Source: an uncultured Planctomycetales bacterium (GTDB lineage Bacteria > Omnitrophota > Gorgyraeia > Zapsychrales > Fredricksoniimonadaceae). Taken from it: a stretch of DNA of 64,000 nucleotides. This document shows, piece after piece, positions 49,263 through 58,711 of this stretch. The position numbers were made by a program, and so were the translations under genes. The notes beneath the pieces are model-generated. The model worked only from the letters and a program-made list of their open reading frames with translations. It did not search any database and had not been told where the DNA came from. Every line of letters begins with the position of its first letter. The stretch's first letter is position 1. The DNA lies in NCBI GenBank assembly GCA_964643325.1, contig CAZXSE010000003.1, forward strand, positions 13,960 to 77,959, read 5' to 3'.

Positions 49263-49991
49263 CTATTTCATCATGATAACAGAGATCATGCGGCCCGAAT
49301 GGTCCGCGTCGCGACGGAATGAATGGAAGCGCGCGGCATCCTTGAACGAACACAGGCCGCTGTCAAAAATGTTCGCGGGCAAAACCCCGGCCGCCGTCAG
49401 CTGGCGCAGATTGGCCGCGAAAATATCAAAACGCAATCCCGATGGCGTCTCCTGCGTCTCGAGGGGAAAATATTCCTTGAACTCCTCCCCGACCGCACAG
49501 CTGTCGCGGCGGATGCACGGGCCGATGGCCGCTCGGATATTTGTGGGATCGACCTTGTAAGAGGCGCGCATGACATCGACCGTCTTGTGCGCGATATCAA
49601 GCTTGGTGCTTTTCCACCCGGCGTGAACGGCCGCGATCACGCGGCGCACCGGATCATACAAAAGCGCGGGCAGGCAATCCGCCGTGCGTATCGCGATGGG
49701 CAGTCCGATAACATCAGTAACAACAGCATCCGCCTCGAACGCGCCGGATCTTTCCATATCCTTACGCGTCACCTGCCAGACTTTATCGCCGTGGACCTGT
49801 TTCGGGACAATGATGCCCTGCTCTGCATTAATGCCGCGCGCCTGAAGATACAACTTTTGCGCGGCTGTCAGGACATAAAACGGGCTACCAGGCTCGCCTG
49901 TCATGAAATCAAGCGACCTGTCGCTGGTGAATGCTGTTACGCCGAGGAATTTTGAATAGTTGGTATCTGTCATAGAAACGTTCCGTGGCAT
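49263..49991 (-). CDS. pgeF: purine nucleoside phosphorylase / laccase-domain protein PgeF (YfiH)
   Basis: QVHGDKV, TADCLP and AVHAGWK motifs. The start is uncertain (ATG 49991 or 49973), and 49991 overlaps the outer stem of hairpin copy C. Confidence 0.8.
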   Translation of the reverse strand: MPRNVSMTDTNYSKFLGVTAFTSDRSLDFMTGEPGSPFYVLTAAQKLYLQARGINAEQGIIVPKQVHGDKVWQVTRKDMERSGAFEADAVVTDVIGLPIAIRTADCLPALLYDPVRRVIAAVHAGWKSTKLDIAHKTVDVMRASYKVDPTNIRAAIGPCIRRDSCAVGEEFKEYFPLETQETPSGLRFDIFAANLRQLTAAGVLPANIFDSGLCSFKDAARFHSFRRDADHSGRMISVIMMK

Positions 49992-50109
49992 GTTGCGATA
50001 GCGGTTTGGTGTATGCCATGGCCGCGAATTAGAGACCGGCTACAATAATCCTTGGGAAAAGCCGGTCTCTGCTGAGCGGCGGGCATACACCAAACGCAAG
50101 CAACATGCC
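49987..50109. repeat. long nested-hairpin repeat, copy C
   Basis: Nested stems are GGCATGTTGC/GCAACATGCC, GTTTGGTGTATGCC/GGCATACACCAAAC, GCCGC/GCGGC and AGAGACCGGC/GCCGGTCTCT. The apical loop is TACAATAATCCTTGGGAAAA. Confidence 0.8.
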
Positions 50110-50123
50110 GTCATGGTTGCTAT

Positions 50124-51179
50124 TTATTCCGCTTCCGGCAAACTTCCCTGCTTGAATTCCTCGATATGCCGGATCTTGGTGTCAATGTTCTTGAAGCTCT
50201 TATCGCGGATGTCCCTGTAATTGGCGTCGAGATCGGCAATGAGCTTCTCCATGTCCGCGAAACGTTCCTTGAAAGTGGCGTAATGCTTCACAAAGATCCC
50301 GATATCCTGAATGATCTTGCGCAGGTCGCGCTCAAAACGGAAATTCTCATGCGCCTGACGGATGACCGCGAGCGTAGCATATAACGTGAAGGGCGAACAC
50401 AGGACAACTTTCTGTTTGAGTGCCTCGTCCATGAACTCGGGCGCAACCTCATGGATATAGCCGAAGACCTGTTCGTTGGGAATGAACAACATCACGAAAT
50501 CCAGCGTATTCTCCGACGGATTAATGTAATCACGCGTTTGCAGTTCCTTGACCCGGGCGCGCGCATTCTTAATGAACTCTTTGGAGCACGCCTCGCGTTC
50601 CATATCAGAAGGCGCGTTGACCATCTTGAGATAATTATCCAACGGGAACTTCACATCCATATTAACGATCCGCTCATCCGGCAAAAGGAACGTGATGTCC
50701 GGCTTGGTCGTGGATGATGCCAACTGGGTCTGCTTGCGGTAATTAACATTCTCCAGAAGGCCGGCATGGCGGATGATATCCTCGGCCATGCGCTCGCCCC
50801 ACTGGCCGCGCAATTTCACATTGCCCAGGACATTGGTCAGATTTCCCGTCGTATCCTGAAGCTTGAGCGTGGCCTGCGCGGCATTGGCCAATTCCTTCTC
50901 AAGCGCGCCGAACTTCTGCGCCCTATCCGTTTCCCAGGAGCGCAGCAGCTGTTCATAATCCTTAAGGCGGGCCTCAAGAGCGCGCACAGTCCCTTCCAAC
51001 GCCTGCCGTCGCGATTCCGCGTCCACCGCGTCCTTCGTGCGCTCATCGCGGGCCGCGCGCAACAGCGCTTCAACCCCGGAATTCTGCCGCAGAACAATAA
51101 CAGCAAGAATGGCCGTGACAAAGCCAAGGACCGCGATAACAGCGAACATCATAGGATCATCTCCTGTCGCCAGCGGCAA
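50124..51179 (-). CDS. rmuC: DNA recombination protein RmuC
   Basis: N-terminal TM, then a coiled coil and a C-terminal RmuC nuclease-like domain (KPDITFLLPDERIVNMDVKFPL...LFIPNEQVF). An alternative start is at 51152. Confidence 0.8.
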   Translation of the reverse strand: MPLATGDDPMMFAVIAVLGFVTAILAVIVLRQNSGVEALLRAARDERTKDAVDAESRRQALEGTVRALEARLKDYEQLLRSWETDRAQKFGALEKELANAAQATLKLQDTTGNLTNVLGNVKLRGQWGERMAEDIIRHAGLLENVNYRKQTQLASSTTKPDITFLLPDERIVNMDVKFPLDNYLKMVNAPSDMEREACSKEFIKNARARVKELQTRDYINPSENTLDFVMLFIPNEQVFGYIHEVAPEFMDEALKQKVVLCSPFTLYATLAVIRQAHENFRFERDLRKIIQDIGIFVKHYATFKERFADMEKLIADLDANYRDIRDKSFKNIDTKIRHIEEFKQGSLPEAE

Positions 51180-51465
51180 TGGCCGCCGATATTTTCTCCT
51201 GGAACCTGGCCAGGCGCCGCTGCATCAAACCTTCAAACTCATCCGTCCCAACACCGTGCCCCCGCAGCAATGTCATCGCGTGAATAATGATATCAAGCGT
51301 CTCGGCCTTCCAGTGCAGGTCTTCTGCCGCCAACAATGCCTTGACCTCGTCCACATGCGCGGCCAGCGATTTGAATGTATGCGCGTCCACCGCGCCATCA
51401 CTGCCGTGCAAGGCGCGGGCCAGCGTATTGATCTTCTCCAGGGAACGGATCAGCTGTTCGTCCAC
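51157..51465 (-). CDS. hypothetical all-alpha protein (tentatively MazG-like NTP pyrophosphohydrolase fold)
   Basis: 102 aa. The acidic helix pattern HVDEVKALLAAEDLHWKAETLDIIIHAMTLL resembles MazG/dimeric dUTPase-type motifs. The assignment is weak. Confidence 0.45.
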   Translation of the reverse strand: MDEQLIRSLEKINTLARALHGSDGAVDAHTFKSLAAHVDEVKALLAAEDLHWKAETLDIIIHAMTLLRGHGVGTDEFEGLMQRRLARFQEKISAAIAAGDRR

Positions 51466-51833
51466 CGCAGAAGCTCCCCCTGTGCGTTGAAATAAAAATA
51501 TATCTTCGGGCTTTCAAGAGGCTTGACGATCCGCCGGTAAAGGCATTTCTCAACGCCCTCCTCGATCTGGCAGATGACCGGCTCGCCGAACGCGCGCCTG
51601 ATCCCTGTCTTGTTCTTATATGATGTGAACGCCTCGGGCGCCCGGGACTGTTGCAGCAGCTCTTCAAAACGGGCATCGTGCGCCTTGACGGCCTTGTCCT
51701 GGGCATCCCGCTCGTCGGAATACCCCTTGAGCGTCAATGCCTGGTCAAGATACTGGATCTCGGCACAGCCGGCGCACGCCACAGCCATCACAAGGATCAA
51801 TACGCGCATAGGACCATTATACCAAAGGTTCAC
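51450..51833 (-). CDS. putative lipoprotein / secreted protein of unknown function
   Basis: The signal-like N-terminus ...MRVLILVMAVACAGCAE has a Cys after an AG. The start overlaps the Smr stop (ATGA). Confidence 0.55.
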   Translation of the reverse strand: MNLWYNGPMRVLILVMAVACAGCAEIQYLDQALTLKGYSDERDAQDKAVKAHDARFEELLQQSRAPEAFTSYKNKTGIRRAFGEPVICQIEEGVEKCLYRRIVKPLESPKIYFYFNAQGELLRWTNS

Positions 51834-52081
51834 TGCCAGCGAAAATGGACAAAGATCCGACCGAAATTCTTGTCATCTTTTTCGATGCGATGATACCGCC
51901 CTTTATAATTCTTCTCAAGAAAGCGCAGGACCGATTTCTTCAACTGCCCTGATCCTTTGCCGGGAATGATCTCGAGCGACTCGGCGCGCTTGTCGATCGC
52001 CTCTTCCATGAATTGATGGAGCGATCGTTCAATGGCGCTGCCATTGGAAAAAACATCATGAAGGTCGAGCTTCAGGCGCAT
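51830..52081 (-). CDS. stand-alone Smr domain protein
   Basis: LDLHD....A...L..F...A......LEIIPGKGSGQLKKSV..FL pattern of Smr (MutS2 C-terminal) domains. The usual HGKG is PGKG here. Confidence 0.7.
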   Translation of the reverse strand: MRLKLDLHDVFSNGSAIERSLHQFMEEAIDKRAESLEIIPGKGSGQLKKSVLRFLEKNYKGRYHRIEKDDKNFGRIFVHFRWQ

Positions 52082-52082
52082 A

Positions 52083-54038
52083 TCACCCCTGCTGGATGCG
52101 GTCGCGCTCCGCGGTCAATGCCTGGCGTTCGCTGCCAATGGCGCGCAGGCGCGTCTGGATCTCCTTGAGCCGTCGGCCGCATTCCGCGATCTCTTCACGC
52201 GGACGGCCACTGAACGATGCCGTCATCTGACGCGACTTGATATATGTTTCGGTCTCGAGCTCTTTTTCCTCGCGCTCAAAAGCCTTGAGCTGGTTCTTGA
52301 TCTCCTGGATGCGCTTAAGCGCCTTTTCATGCTGCTGCCGCGCGGCCTGAAGATGCTCGGGCTCGCTCAGGTCTTTCCGGGACTTCTTTTGTTTTTCATA
52401 GGCCTCGCGCCCGTCGCCGGAAGACGGCTTCTTCTTATCCTGCGCCTCATCCCGGCCCTGTTTCTTATCAAGATAATAATCAAGCGAGCCCGGATAATCG
52501 CGGATCTGGCCGTTGTCGACCTCAATGATATGATTCGCGATCTGACGGATGAAATACAGGTCGTGGCTGATGAAACACAAGGTTCCCTTATAATTGCGGA
52601 AAGCCTTTGTCAGGGCTTCCACGCCGTCCACATCCAGGTGCGTCGTCGGCTCATCAAGCAAAATAAGATTCGGCGGATTGATCAGAAGTTTCGCCAGGAT
52701 CAGGCGGCTTTTCTCGCCGCCGGAAAGTACGGACACAGGCTTGAACACATCCGCGCCGTGAAAGTTGAACATGCCCAAAAGATTACGCGCCTGCGTCTGC
52801 GGGAAACTACCGCCCACCGCAGATACAAGCTCCTCGAACGCCGTGCGGTTGGGGTTCAGGACATCCAGGCGCGTCTGCGAAAAATATCCCATCTTTACGC
52901 CGTGGCCCAAGCGCCGCCGCCCGCTATCCACCGGGATGACATCCGCAAGGATCTTCAAAAGCGTCGATTTGCCGGCGCCGTTAGGCCCGACAAGGCACAT
53001 CTTCTGGCCTTTGGTGATCTCGAAATTCAGGTCCTCATAAACCACTTTATCAGCATAAGCCTTGCGGACATTCACCAGGCTCATGACCGTATAGCCGCTC
53101 TCTTGCGTCTCCGGAAAATTAAAGTCCTTAATGCTGACGCGCGAACGCGGCAGGTTAACGCTCTCGCCTTCAAGGCGTTCGAGCATCTTCATCTTGTTCT
53201 GCACCGCGGACGCCCGATTGGGCTGGGCGTGAAAACGCGAGGTGAAGCGCTCAAGCTGGTCCTTCTTCTTGTCCAGCACCTTCATGCGCTTTTCCAGCGT
53301 ACGGTACTCAAGTTCTTTTTGCGCCTCATACGCCTCATAGCTTCCCTTGACCTTGGCCATATTGCCATCCTCAAGGACGATGGTATAGTTCGTCACCTCG
53401 TTCAGGAAAACCTTATCGTGTGAGATCATGACGAACGAGCCCGGATACTGGCTTAAAAAATCCTTAAGCCACAAGGTGGCCGCAAGGTCCAGATAATTGA
53501 TAGGCTCGTCGAGAAGAAGCAGGTCGTAATTGTAGGTCAGCAGTTTGGCCAACAGCGTGCGCATCTGCCACCCGCCGGAAAGCTGGACCACGGGCTTGTG
53601 GAATTCATATTCCTTGAATCCCAGCCCCGCCAGGACCTTCTCGGCCTTGTGCTCAAGCTCATAAAGCCCCAGCGCCTCAAGCCGCTCCAGGATATCGCCG
53701 TAACGCGTCTCGGCGCAAAGGCCGTCATTCTCCATGCGGTGCTTCTCATCAAGCAGCCGCTGGATCTCCTCATCGCCGGAAGTGACCTCTTCCATGACCG
53801 TACGGCTGGAATCAAAATGCGCTTCCTGCGGCAGGTACCCGATCTTGATCCCTTTCTGGATCGTGACGTTCCCGTCGGTCGGCTCCATATCCCCGAGGAT
53901 CAGATGAAAGAGCGTGGTCTTGCCCGCGCCATTGGGCCCGGTCAGGCCGATGCGCTCGTTAGGAAAAATGCTCAGGGACACATTGTCCATGAGCATGCGT
54001 TCGTCAAAATTCTTGGATACCTGTGTGAGTGTGATCAT
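52083..54038 (-). CDS. ABC-F family ATPase (Uup/YheS-like)
   Basis: Two ABC cassettes (GPNGAGKTT with LSGGWQMR, and GPNGAGKST with LSGGEKSR), no TM domain, and a C-terminal charged coiled coil. Confidence 0.85.
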   Translation of the reverse strand: MITLTQVSKNFDERMLMDNVSLSIFPNERIGLTGPNGAGKTTLFHLILGDMEPTDGNVTIQKGIKIGYLPQEAHFDSSRTVMEEVTSGDEEIQRLLDEKHRMENDGLCAETRYGDILERLEALGLYELEHKAEKVLAGLGFKEYEFHKPVVQLSGGWQMRTLLAKLLTYNYDLLLLDEPINYLDLAATLWLKDFLSQYPGSFVMISHDKVFLNEVTNYTIVLEDGNMAKVKGSYEAYEAQKELEYRTLEKRMKVLDKKKDQLERFTSRFHAQPNRASAVQNKMKMLERLEGESVNLPRSRVSIKDFNFPETQESGYTVMSLVNVRKAYADKVVYEDLNFEITKGQKMCLVGPNGAGKSTLLKILADVIPVDSGRRRLGHGVKMGYFSQTRLDVLNPNRTAFEELVSAVGGSFPQTQARNLLGMFNFHGADVFKPVSVLSGGEKSRLILAKLLINPPNLILLDEPTTHLDVDGVEALTKAFRNYKGTLCFISHDLYFIRQIANHIIEVDNGQIRDYPGSLDYYLDKKQGRDEAQDKKKPSSGDGREAYEKQKKSRKDLSEPEHLQAARQQHEKALKRIQEIKNQLKAFEREEKELETETYIKSRQMTASFSGRPREEIAECGRRLKEIQTRLRAIGSERQALTAERDRIQQG

Positions 54039-54044
54039 GGGCTG

Positions 54045-55094
54045 TTAATGTTTTGGACGAAAGGAAGCTCGCGGCCCTGACGATGAGCGGCCGTAAGGTT
54101 TTTTGCCAGCGGGCCTTGCGCCCGCCCCCGCAGGGCGAGGCCCGAATGCCCGCGGCCCTGACGAGGCTTTACCAAATGTTTTTTTCGCGCCAAAGGTCTT
54201 TGGCCCTGATAACGGGCCCCCGAAATGTTTTCTGTCCTTGTCATCACGCCGGGGCGCTTCCTGCCGCGGCGCGCTCTTGGTATCAGCGCTGTGCCAATCG
54301 CGCTCGACGGACTTACGGCGCAGCGGCGAATTCGACGAGAAAAGCGGCCGCGTCATGCGCGCGCCATGTTCCATTCTGGCAGGATGACGCCCGATGGCCC
54401 TTAGCTGCAGCACTTCCTCCCCGGTCAAATGCCGCCATGCACCCGGCTTGGGAAGGTCCAGTTTCAAGGGGCCTTGCGCCACGCGCGTCAGATGGACCAC
54501 GTCATGGCCGACCTCGTGGCACATCAGGCGCACCTGATGCTTGTGCCCTTCATGGATGGTCAGGTCGAATTCCGTAAAATCACCGTCAAACTGGAGATTT
54601 GCCACCTGCGCCGGCGCTGTCTTGAAACTCTCGATGACAACACCCTGTTCCAGCCGGTCCTTCTCGCGCAGCTGCATGCGCCGCACCACCCGCACATGAT
54701 AGGTCTTGTTCACGTCAAAACTCGGATGCGCCAGGCGGTTGGCCAATTCTCCGTCATTGGTCAGCAGCAAAAGCCCCTGGGTGTCCTTATCCAGGCGTCC
54801 CACGGGTTTCAGGTACCGCAACTCCGCCGGCAACAGCGCCATGACCGCGCGCTGGTCGAACTGCGCCTCGCAGGTGGTCACATAGCCCGCGGGCTTGTTC
54901 AACATGACGTATTCATAACCCTTGGGCTGGATCTCGCGGCCCAACAAGGCGACCTTGTCCTCGCCCGGTTCGATCATATGCGACGGTTCGCGAATGACAA
55001 CGCCATTGACCGTTACATCCCCGGCGAGCACATGGTCGAAAGCCTTACGCCGGGAAACGCCGCCGTTATGTGAAATAAAAAGTTGTAGCTTCAT
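54045..55094 (-). CDS. rluB: pseudouridine synthase, RsuA/RluB family, with Arg/Gly/Pro/Lys-rich C-terminal tail
   Basis: S4-like N-terminus (GVSRRKAFDHVLAGDVTVNG), catalytic motif GRLDKDTQGLLLLTNDG, and a disordered basic tail with internal repeats. Confidence 0.8.
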   Translation of the reverse strand: MKLQLFISHNGGVSRRKAFDHVLAGDVTVNGVVIREPSHMIEPGEDKVALLGREIQPKGYEYVMLNKPAGYVTTCEAQFDQRAVMALLPAELRYLKPVGRLDKDTQGLLLLTNDGELANRLAHPSFDVNKTYHVRVVRRMQLREKDRLEQGVVIESFKTAPAQVANLQFDGDFTEFDLTIHEGHKHQVRLMCHEVGHDVVHLTRVAQGPLKLDLPKPGAWRHLTGEEVLQLRAIGRHPARMEHGARMTRPLFSSNSPLRRKSVERDWHSADTKSAPRQEAPRRDDKDRKHFGGPLSGPKTFGAKKTFGKASSGPRAFGPRPAGAGARPAGKKPYGRSSSGPRASFRPKH

Positions 55095-55891
55095 GCCTGC
55101 CTTCTTTGCCGTAACGCTTCGTACACCATGACCGCCGCGGAGACCGAAACGTTGAGTGAATCCACTTTCCCGAGCATCGGGATGCGCAGCTGCTCGTCAG
55201 CGCTCCTGCGCCAGAGATCGCTGAGGCCCTCCTGCTCGCTGCCCATCACGATAGCGCAAGCGCCGGAAAGGTCCCTGCTGAAATAATCTGCCGTAGCGGT
55301 CACGACCGCCGCGCAGATCCTCACCCCGCGAGCTTTGAGGAATGCCGCAGCATCCTTGCTCGTGCACGACACCGTCGGGACCGCGAACACGGCGCCCAGG
55401 CTGGCGCGAATGACATTAGGATTATAGATATCGGTACGCTCGTCGCACACCAACAGCGCCGCGACCCCGGCCCCGTCGCACGTGCGCAGGACCGCCCCCA
55501 GGTTGCCGGGCTTCTCGACGCTTTCCATGACAACGATCAGCGGCTTATCGCCAAGTTTTAACTGCTCCAGCGTTAACTCGGGGCGCTCTACGAGGGCCAG
55601 CACACCTTCCGTGCGGTCGCCGTAGCAGATCTTGTCGAACACGGAACAACCAGCGTCAAAGATCTTTACCTGCCGGCCTTCAAGTTCGCGCACCAGGTCA
55701 TCATCACAACGATACACGCCCTCGCGGCAGATATATGCGCATGAAAAACGCAGGCCCGCGTGCAATGCCTGACGCACCTCGCGCACGCCCTCGACAATGG
55801 TAAGCCCGCGCGCGTCCCGGCTCTTTTTGGTCCGCAGGCGCGCCACGCGCTTGATCCCGGCATTCTGCAGGCTTGATATCTTCTCGATCAT
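55091..55891 (-). CDS. TrmH/SpoU family RNA 2'-O-methyltransferase
   Basis: SpoU_sub_bind-like N-terminus and SPOUT motifs (E.V..PGNLGA.LRT.DGAG, GSE..GL, LNVSV.A.V..YE). Confidence 0.8.
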   Translation of the reverse strand: MIEKISSLQNAGIKRVARLRTKKSRDARGLTIVEGVREVRQALHAGLRFSCAYICREGVYRCDDDLVRELEGRQVKIFDAGCSVFDKICYGDRTEGVLALVERPELTLEQLKLGDKPLIVVMESVEKPGNLGAVLRTCDGAGVAALLVCDERTDIYNPNVIRASLGAVFAVPTVSCTSKDAAAFLKARGVRICAAVVTATADYFSRDLSGACAIVMGSEQEGLSDLWRRSADEQLRIPMLGKVDSLNVSVSAAVMVYEALRQRRQA

Positions 55892-56367
55892 GATGCCTTC
55901 CGCGCAGAGGTGTACTTTTCAAGGTCATACACGATCGCCTTCGACGGCATGGGGATCTTGTCGATCTTCACCTTGGCTGTGGCAAAGAAATCCGTAGCAA
56001 GCGTGCTGTGATAATCTGAAAAGACAACGACGCGCTTGACCCCGGCGGCCACCAGCGCCTTCGCGCAGGTCGTGCAGGGCATATTGGTCACATAGGCCGT
56101 TGCCCCGTCGATCGTATGCCCTTTGCGGGCGGCCTGGACGATCGCGTTCATCTCCGCGTGATTGGTACGCACGCAATGATTGTCAACGACGAGGCATCCG
56201 GCGTCCTCGCAATGAACATCCCCGGGGATGGACCCGTTATACCCGGTCGAAATGACCTCGCGCTCCTTGACCAGGACACAGCCGCAATGCATGCGCGGGC
56301 AGGTCGCCCGCTCAGACGCCAGCATCGCCAGTTTCATGAAATACTCATCCCAAGTCGGTCTTGCCAT
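55888..56367 (-). CDS. dCMP (deoxycytidylate) deaminase
   Basis: ORF trimmed to MARPTWDEYFMKLA, which has SD AAGGGG. Zinc motifs HAEMNAI and PCTTCAKAL are present. Confidence 0.85.
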   Translation of the reverse strand: MARPTWDEYFMKLAMLASERATCPRMHCGCVLVKEREVISTGYNGSIPGDVHCEDAGCLVVDNHCVRTNHAEMNAIVQAARKGHTIDGATAYVTNMPCTTCAKALVAAGVKRVVVFSDYHSTLATDFFATAKVKIDKIPMPSKAIVYDLEKYTSARKAS

Positions 56368-56443
56368 ATCCGGCCCCTTTATAGTTTGTTGATCTGCCCC
56401 GATGATAACACACTTTCCCGCGCGCCCTGCAATATCCCTTACG

Positions 56444-57616
56444 TTAAGCGCGCTCAAAGATCCTTTTAACGCCTTCCTGAAAAACATCAACGGGCGTCAG
56501 CAGGCTCAGCACGATGATCCCTTCTTCATTAAAATCAAAGAAATACCCGGGATGAACGAATACGCGCCGCTCCTTCAAAAGCCTCACGGCCCACTCATCC
56601 TCCGGGATGTCCATGGCGATCTTCACCACCGCGTACCAGCCTCCCTCGACGGGATAGACCGTAACGCCGGCCGGCGTAGCCGGCGTAACAGCGCGCAGGT
56701 GATCGTAATTCGCCTGCACCCGCGCCATGACTTGGTCGCGTATCGCACCGCGCCCCGCCAGCCATGACGGCAATGCGTTCTGCACGGGCGTATTGACCGA
56801 AAGGTATGTATCCGCGATCACCTCAAGCCGCGCGAGCGCATCCTGGACCTGCTTCTTCGGGCCGTTGACCGCGATCCAGGCCAGTTTCATTTGCGGCAGG
56901 GCCATGGCTTTTGATAATCCGCCCAGCGCAAAACTGAGGGCCTTTGAATTCGCCGCCAGGGTCTGGAAACAATGCTCCTGCCCGGCGAACATATAGTCCG
57001 CAAAGACCTCGTCGCTGATGATCGCGGCCCCGCTGGCCGCGCACAGGGTGTTCAGCCGCTTAAGTTCATCCGGCTTCAGGCAGGACCCCGTCGGATTGTT
57101 CGGGCTGACAACGATCACGGCCTTGGTGTCGCGGCTAAGCGCCTCTTCCAGCGAATCCCAGTCAATGCGCCAGGCTTTGCCGTCAAAGAAGATCTGGTAA
57201 TACGCCGTAGCCACGTCATTGATCCCCGCCAGATAAGAAAAAAGCGGATAGCTCGGCGCGGGCAGAAGAACGCGGTCATGCGGATCAGCAAGCAGGCGGA
57301 AAAGGAATGCGTAAGCTTCCGACGAGCTGGCTGTCAGGATGATCTGCCCGGCGTCAACAGAGGCTTGCTTGCCGGCATAATAACCGGCAACGGCCTCGCG
57401 CGCCTTAAGCAGCCCCCTTGATGCCGGCGCATAAACAAGATTGGCCGGATCGGCCAAAAGCGCAAGCAATCCCTCGGCCGGATACGCGATCCCCGCCCTT
57501 GTCGGATTGGACTCCGTGAGATCGCAAAAAGCGCCGCCCCCGGCTCGAAGCTGCGTCAATTCAAGCGACAGGGGATTCTCGCTCAGGTCCCAATCCGTAC
57601 GTTTTGCGAACACCAT
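56444..57616 (-). CDS. pyridoxal-phosphate-dependent aminotransferase (class I/II)
   Basis: 390 aa with the fold-type I aminotransferase layout (NPTG, SDEVF..., GLSKAM.LP..K). Substrate not assignable. Confidence 0.75.
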   Translation of the reverse strand: MVFAKRTDWDLSENPLSLELTQLRAGGGAFCDLTESNPTRAGIAYPAEGLLALLADPANLVYAPASRGLLKAREAVAGYYAGKQASVDAGQIILTASSSEAYAFLFRLLADPHDRVLLPAPSYPLFSYLAGINDVATAYYQIFFDGKAWRIDWDSLEEALSRDTKAVIVVSPNNPTGSCLKPDELKRLNTLCAASGAAIISDEVFADYMFAGQEHCFQTLAANSKALSFALGGLSKAMALPQMKLAWIAVNGPKKQVQDALARLEVIADTYLSVNTPVQNALPSWLAGRGAIRDQVMARVQANYDHLRAVTPATPAGVTVYPVEGGWYAVVKIAMDIPEDEWAVRLLKERRVFVHPGYFFDFNEEGIIVLSLLTPVDVFQEGVKRIFERA

Positions 57617-57662
57617 GATATCCCCGTGTCTATCCCGTCAATATTCCTGTCATGCCGGCCTG

Positions 57663-58691
57663 TTAAAGCTGATCCGCAATACGCAGGACAAGCCTGGCCG
57701 AATCATCCCAACCAAGGCACGCATCGGTAATGGACTTTCCATACACAGCGCCATTCACGTCCTGGCACCCTTCTTCCAGATAACTTTCGATCATCAACCC
57801 CCGGACGAACCACCGCAATTCCGGCGCGAACTTCAGGCTGTTAAGGACCTCTTGCGCCACGCGCGGCTGCTGCGTGAACTGCCGCGCGGAATTCGCATGG
57901 CTCACATCCACGATCACCGCCGGATTGACCAGGCCCGCGTCCTGGTACAATTTCTTGAGCTGCATGATATCCTCATAATGATGGTTCGGCAGGTCGCGTC
58001 CGAATGATGTCACCGCGCCGCGCAGGATGCAGTGCGCCAGGGGATTCCCCGGCGTGGCGACCTCCCAGCCCGCGTACGCGAACACATGAGGCGACTGGGC
58101 GGCCCGCACGGAATTGATCATGACCTGCATGTCCCCGCTGGTGGGGTTCTTCATCCCCACCGGCACATCCAGGCCGCTGACGCTCAGCCGGTGCCCCTGG
58201 TTCTCGACGGAACGCGCGCCGATAGCAACATAGCTTAGAACATCCTCAAGGTACGGATAATTCTCCGGGTAGAGCATCTCGTCGGCAGCGCTCAAGCCCG
58301 ACTCGCCCAGCGCGCGGATATGCATCTTGCGGATGGCGATCAGCCCGGAAAGGATGTTGGGGTCCTCGTTCGGGTCCGGTTGATGCGCCATACCTTTATA
58401 ACCAATGCCCGTTGTACGGGGCTTATTGGTATAGATGCGCGGCACAAGAACAAGCTTGTCTTTCACGCGCTCCTGCAATTTGGTCAGGCGCGCGACATAC
58501 TCACACACCGCGTCCTCGTTATCCGCGGAACACGGCCCGATGATCAACAAAAATCTGTCGCTCGCGCCGGTAATGATATCCGCGACCGCCGCGTCACGGC
58601 CGCGCTTGACTGCGGCCAGCTGCGGCGTGACCGGCAGCTTGGCCAGTATTTCCTTGACCGCCGGAAGTTGTTTTCGATATTCGAATGCCAT
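57663..58691 (-). CDS. aroG: 3-deoxy-7-phosphoheptulonate (DAHP) synthase, class I AroF/G/H type
   Basis: IGPCS, R.Y..KPRTT.G.KG, IGARS.E.Q.HR and VG.KN motifs align by eye with E. coli AroG. Confidence 0.85.
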   Translation of the reverse strand: MAFEYRKQLPAVKEILAKLPVTPQLAAVKRGRDAAVADIITGASDRFLLIIGPCSADNEDAVCEYVARLTKLQERVKDKLVLVPRIYTNKPRTTGIGYKGMAHQPDPNEDPNILSGLIAIRKMHIRALGESGLSAADEMLYPENYPYLEDVLSYVAIGARSVENQGHRLSVSGLDVPVGMKNPTSGDMQVMINSVRAAQSPHVFAYAGWEVATPGNPLAHCILRGAVTSFGRDLPNHHYEDIMQLKKLYQDAGLVNPAVIVDVSHANSARQFTQQPRVAQEVLNSLKFAPELRWFVRGLMIESYLEEGCQDVNGAVYGKSITDACLGWDDSARLVLRIADQL

Positions 58692-58711
58692 ACCCTCTCC
58701 TTGCGCACCGG

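Noticed and set aside
54061-54209. A repeated 13-mer GCGGCCCTGACGA (54061 and 54142) and a third GGCCCTGA (54202) in the 3' end of rluB.
   Set aside because: They encode repeated SGP(R/K) motifs in a disordered basic tail, of a kind I recall in other RluB-type enzymes. This looks like an ordinary internal duplication.
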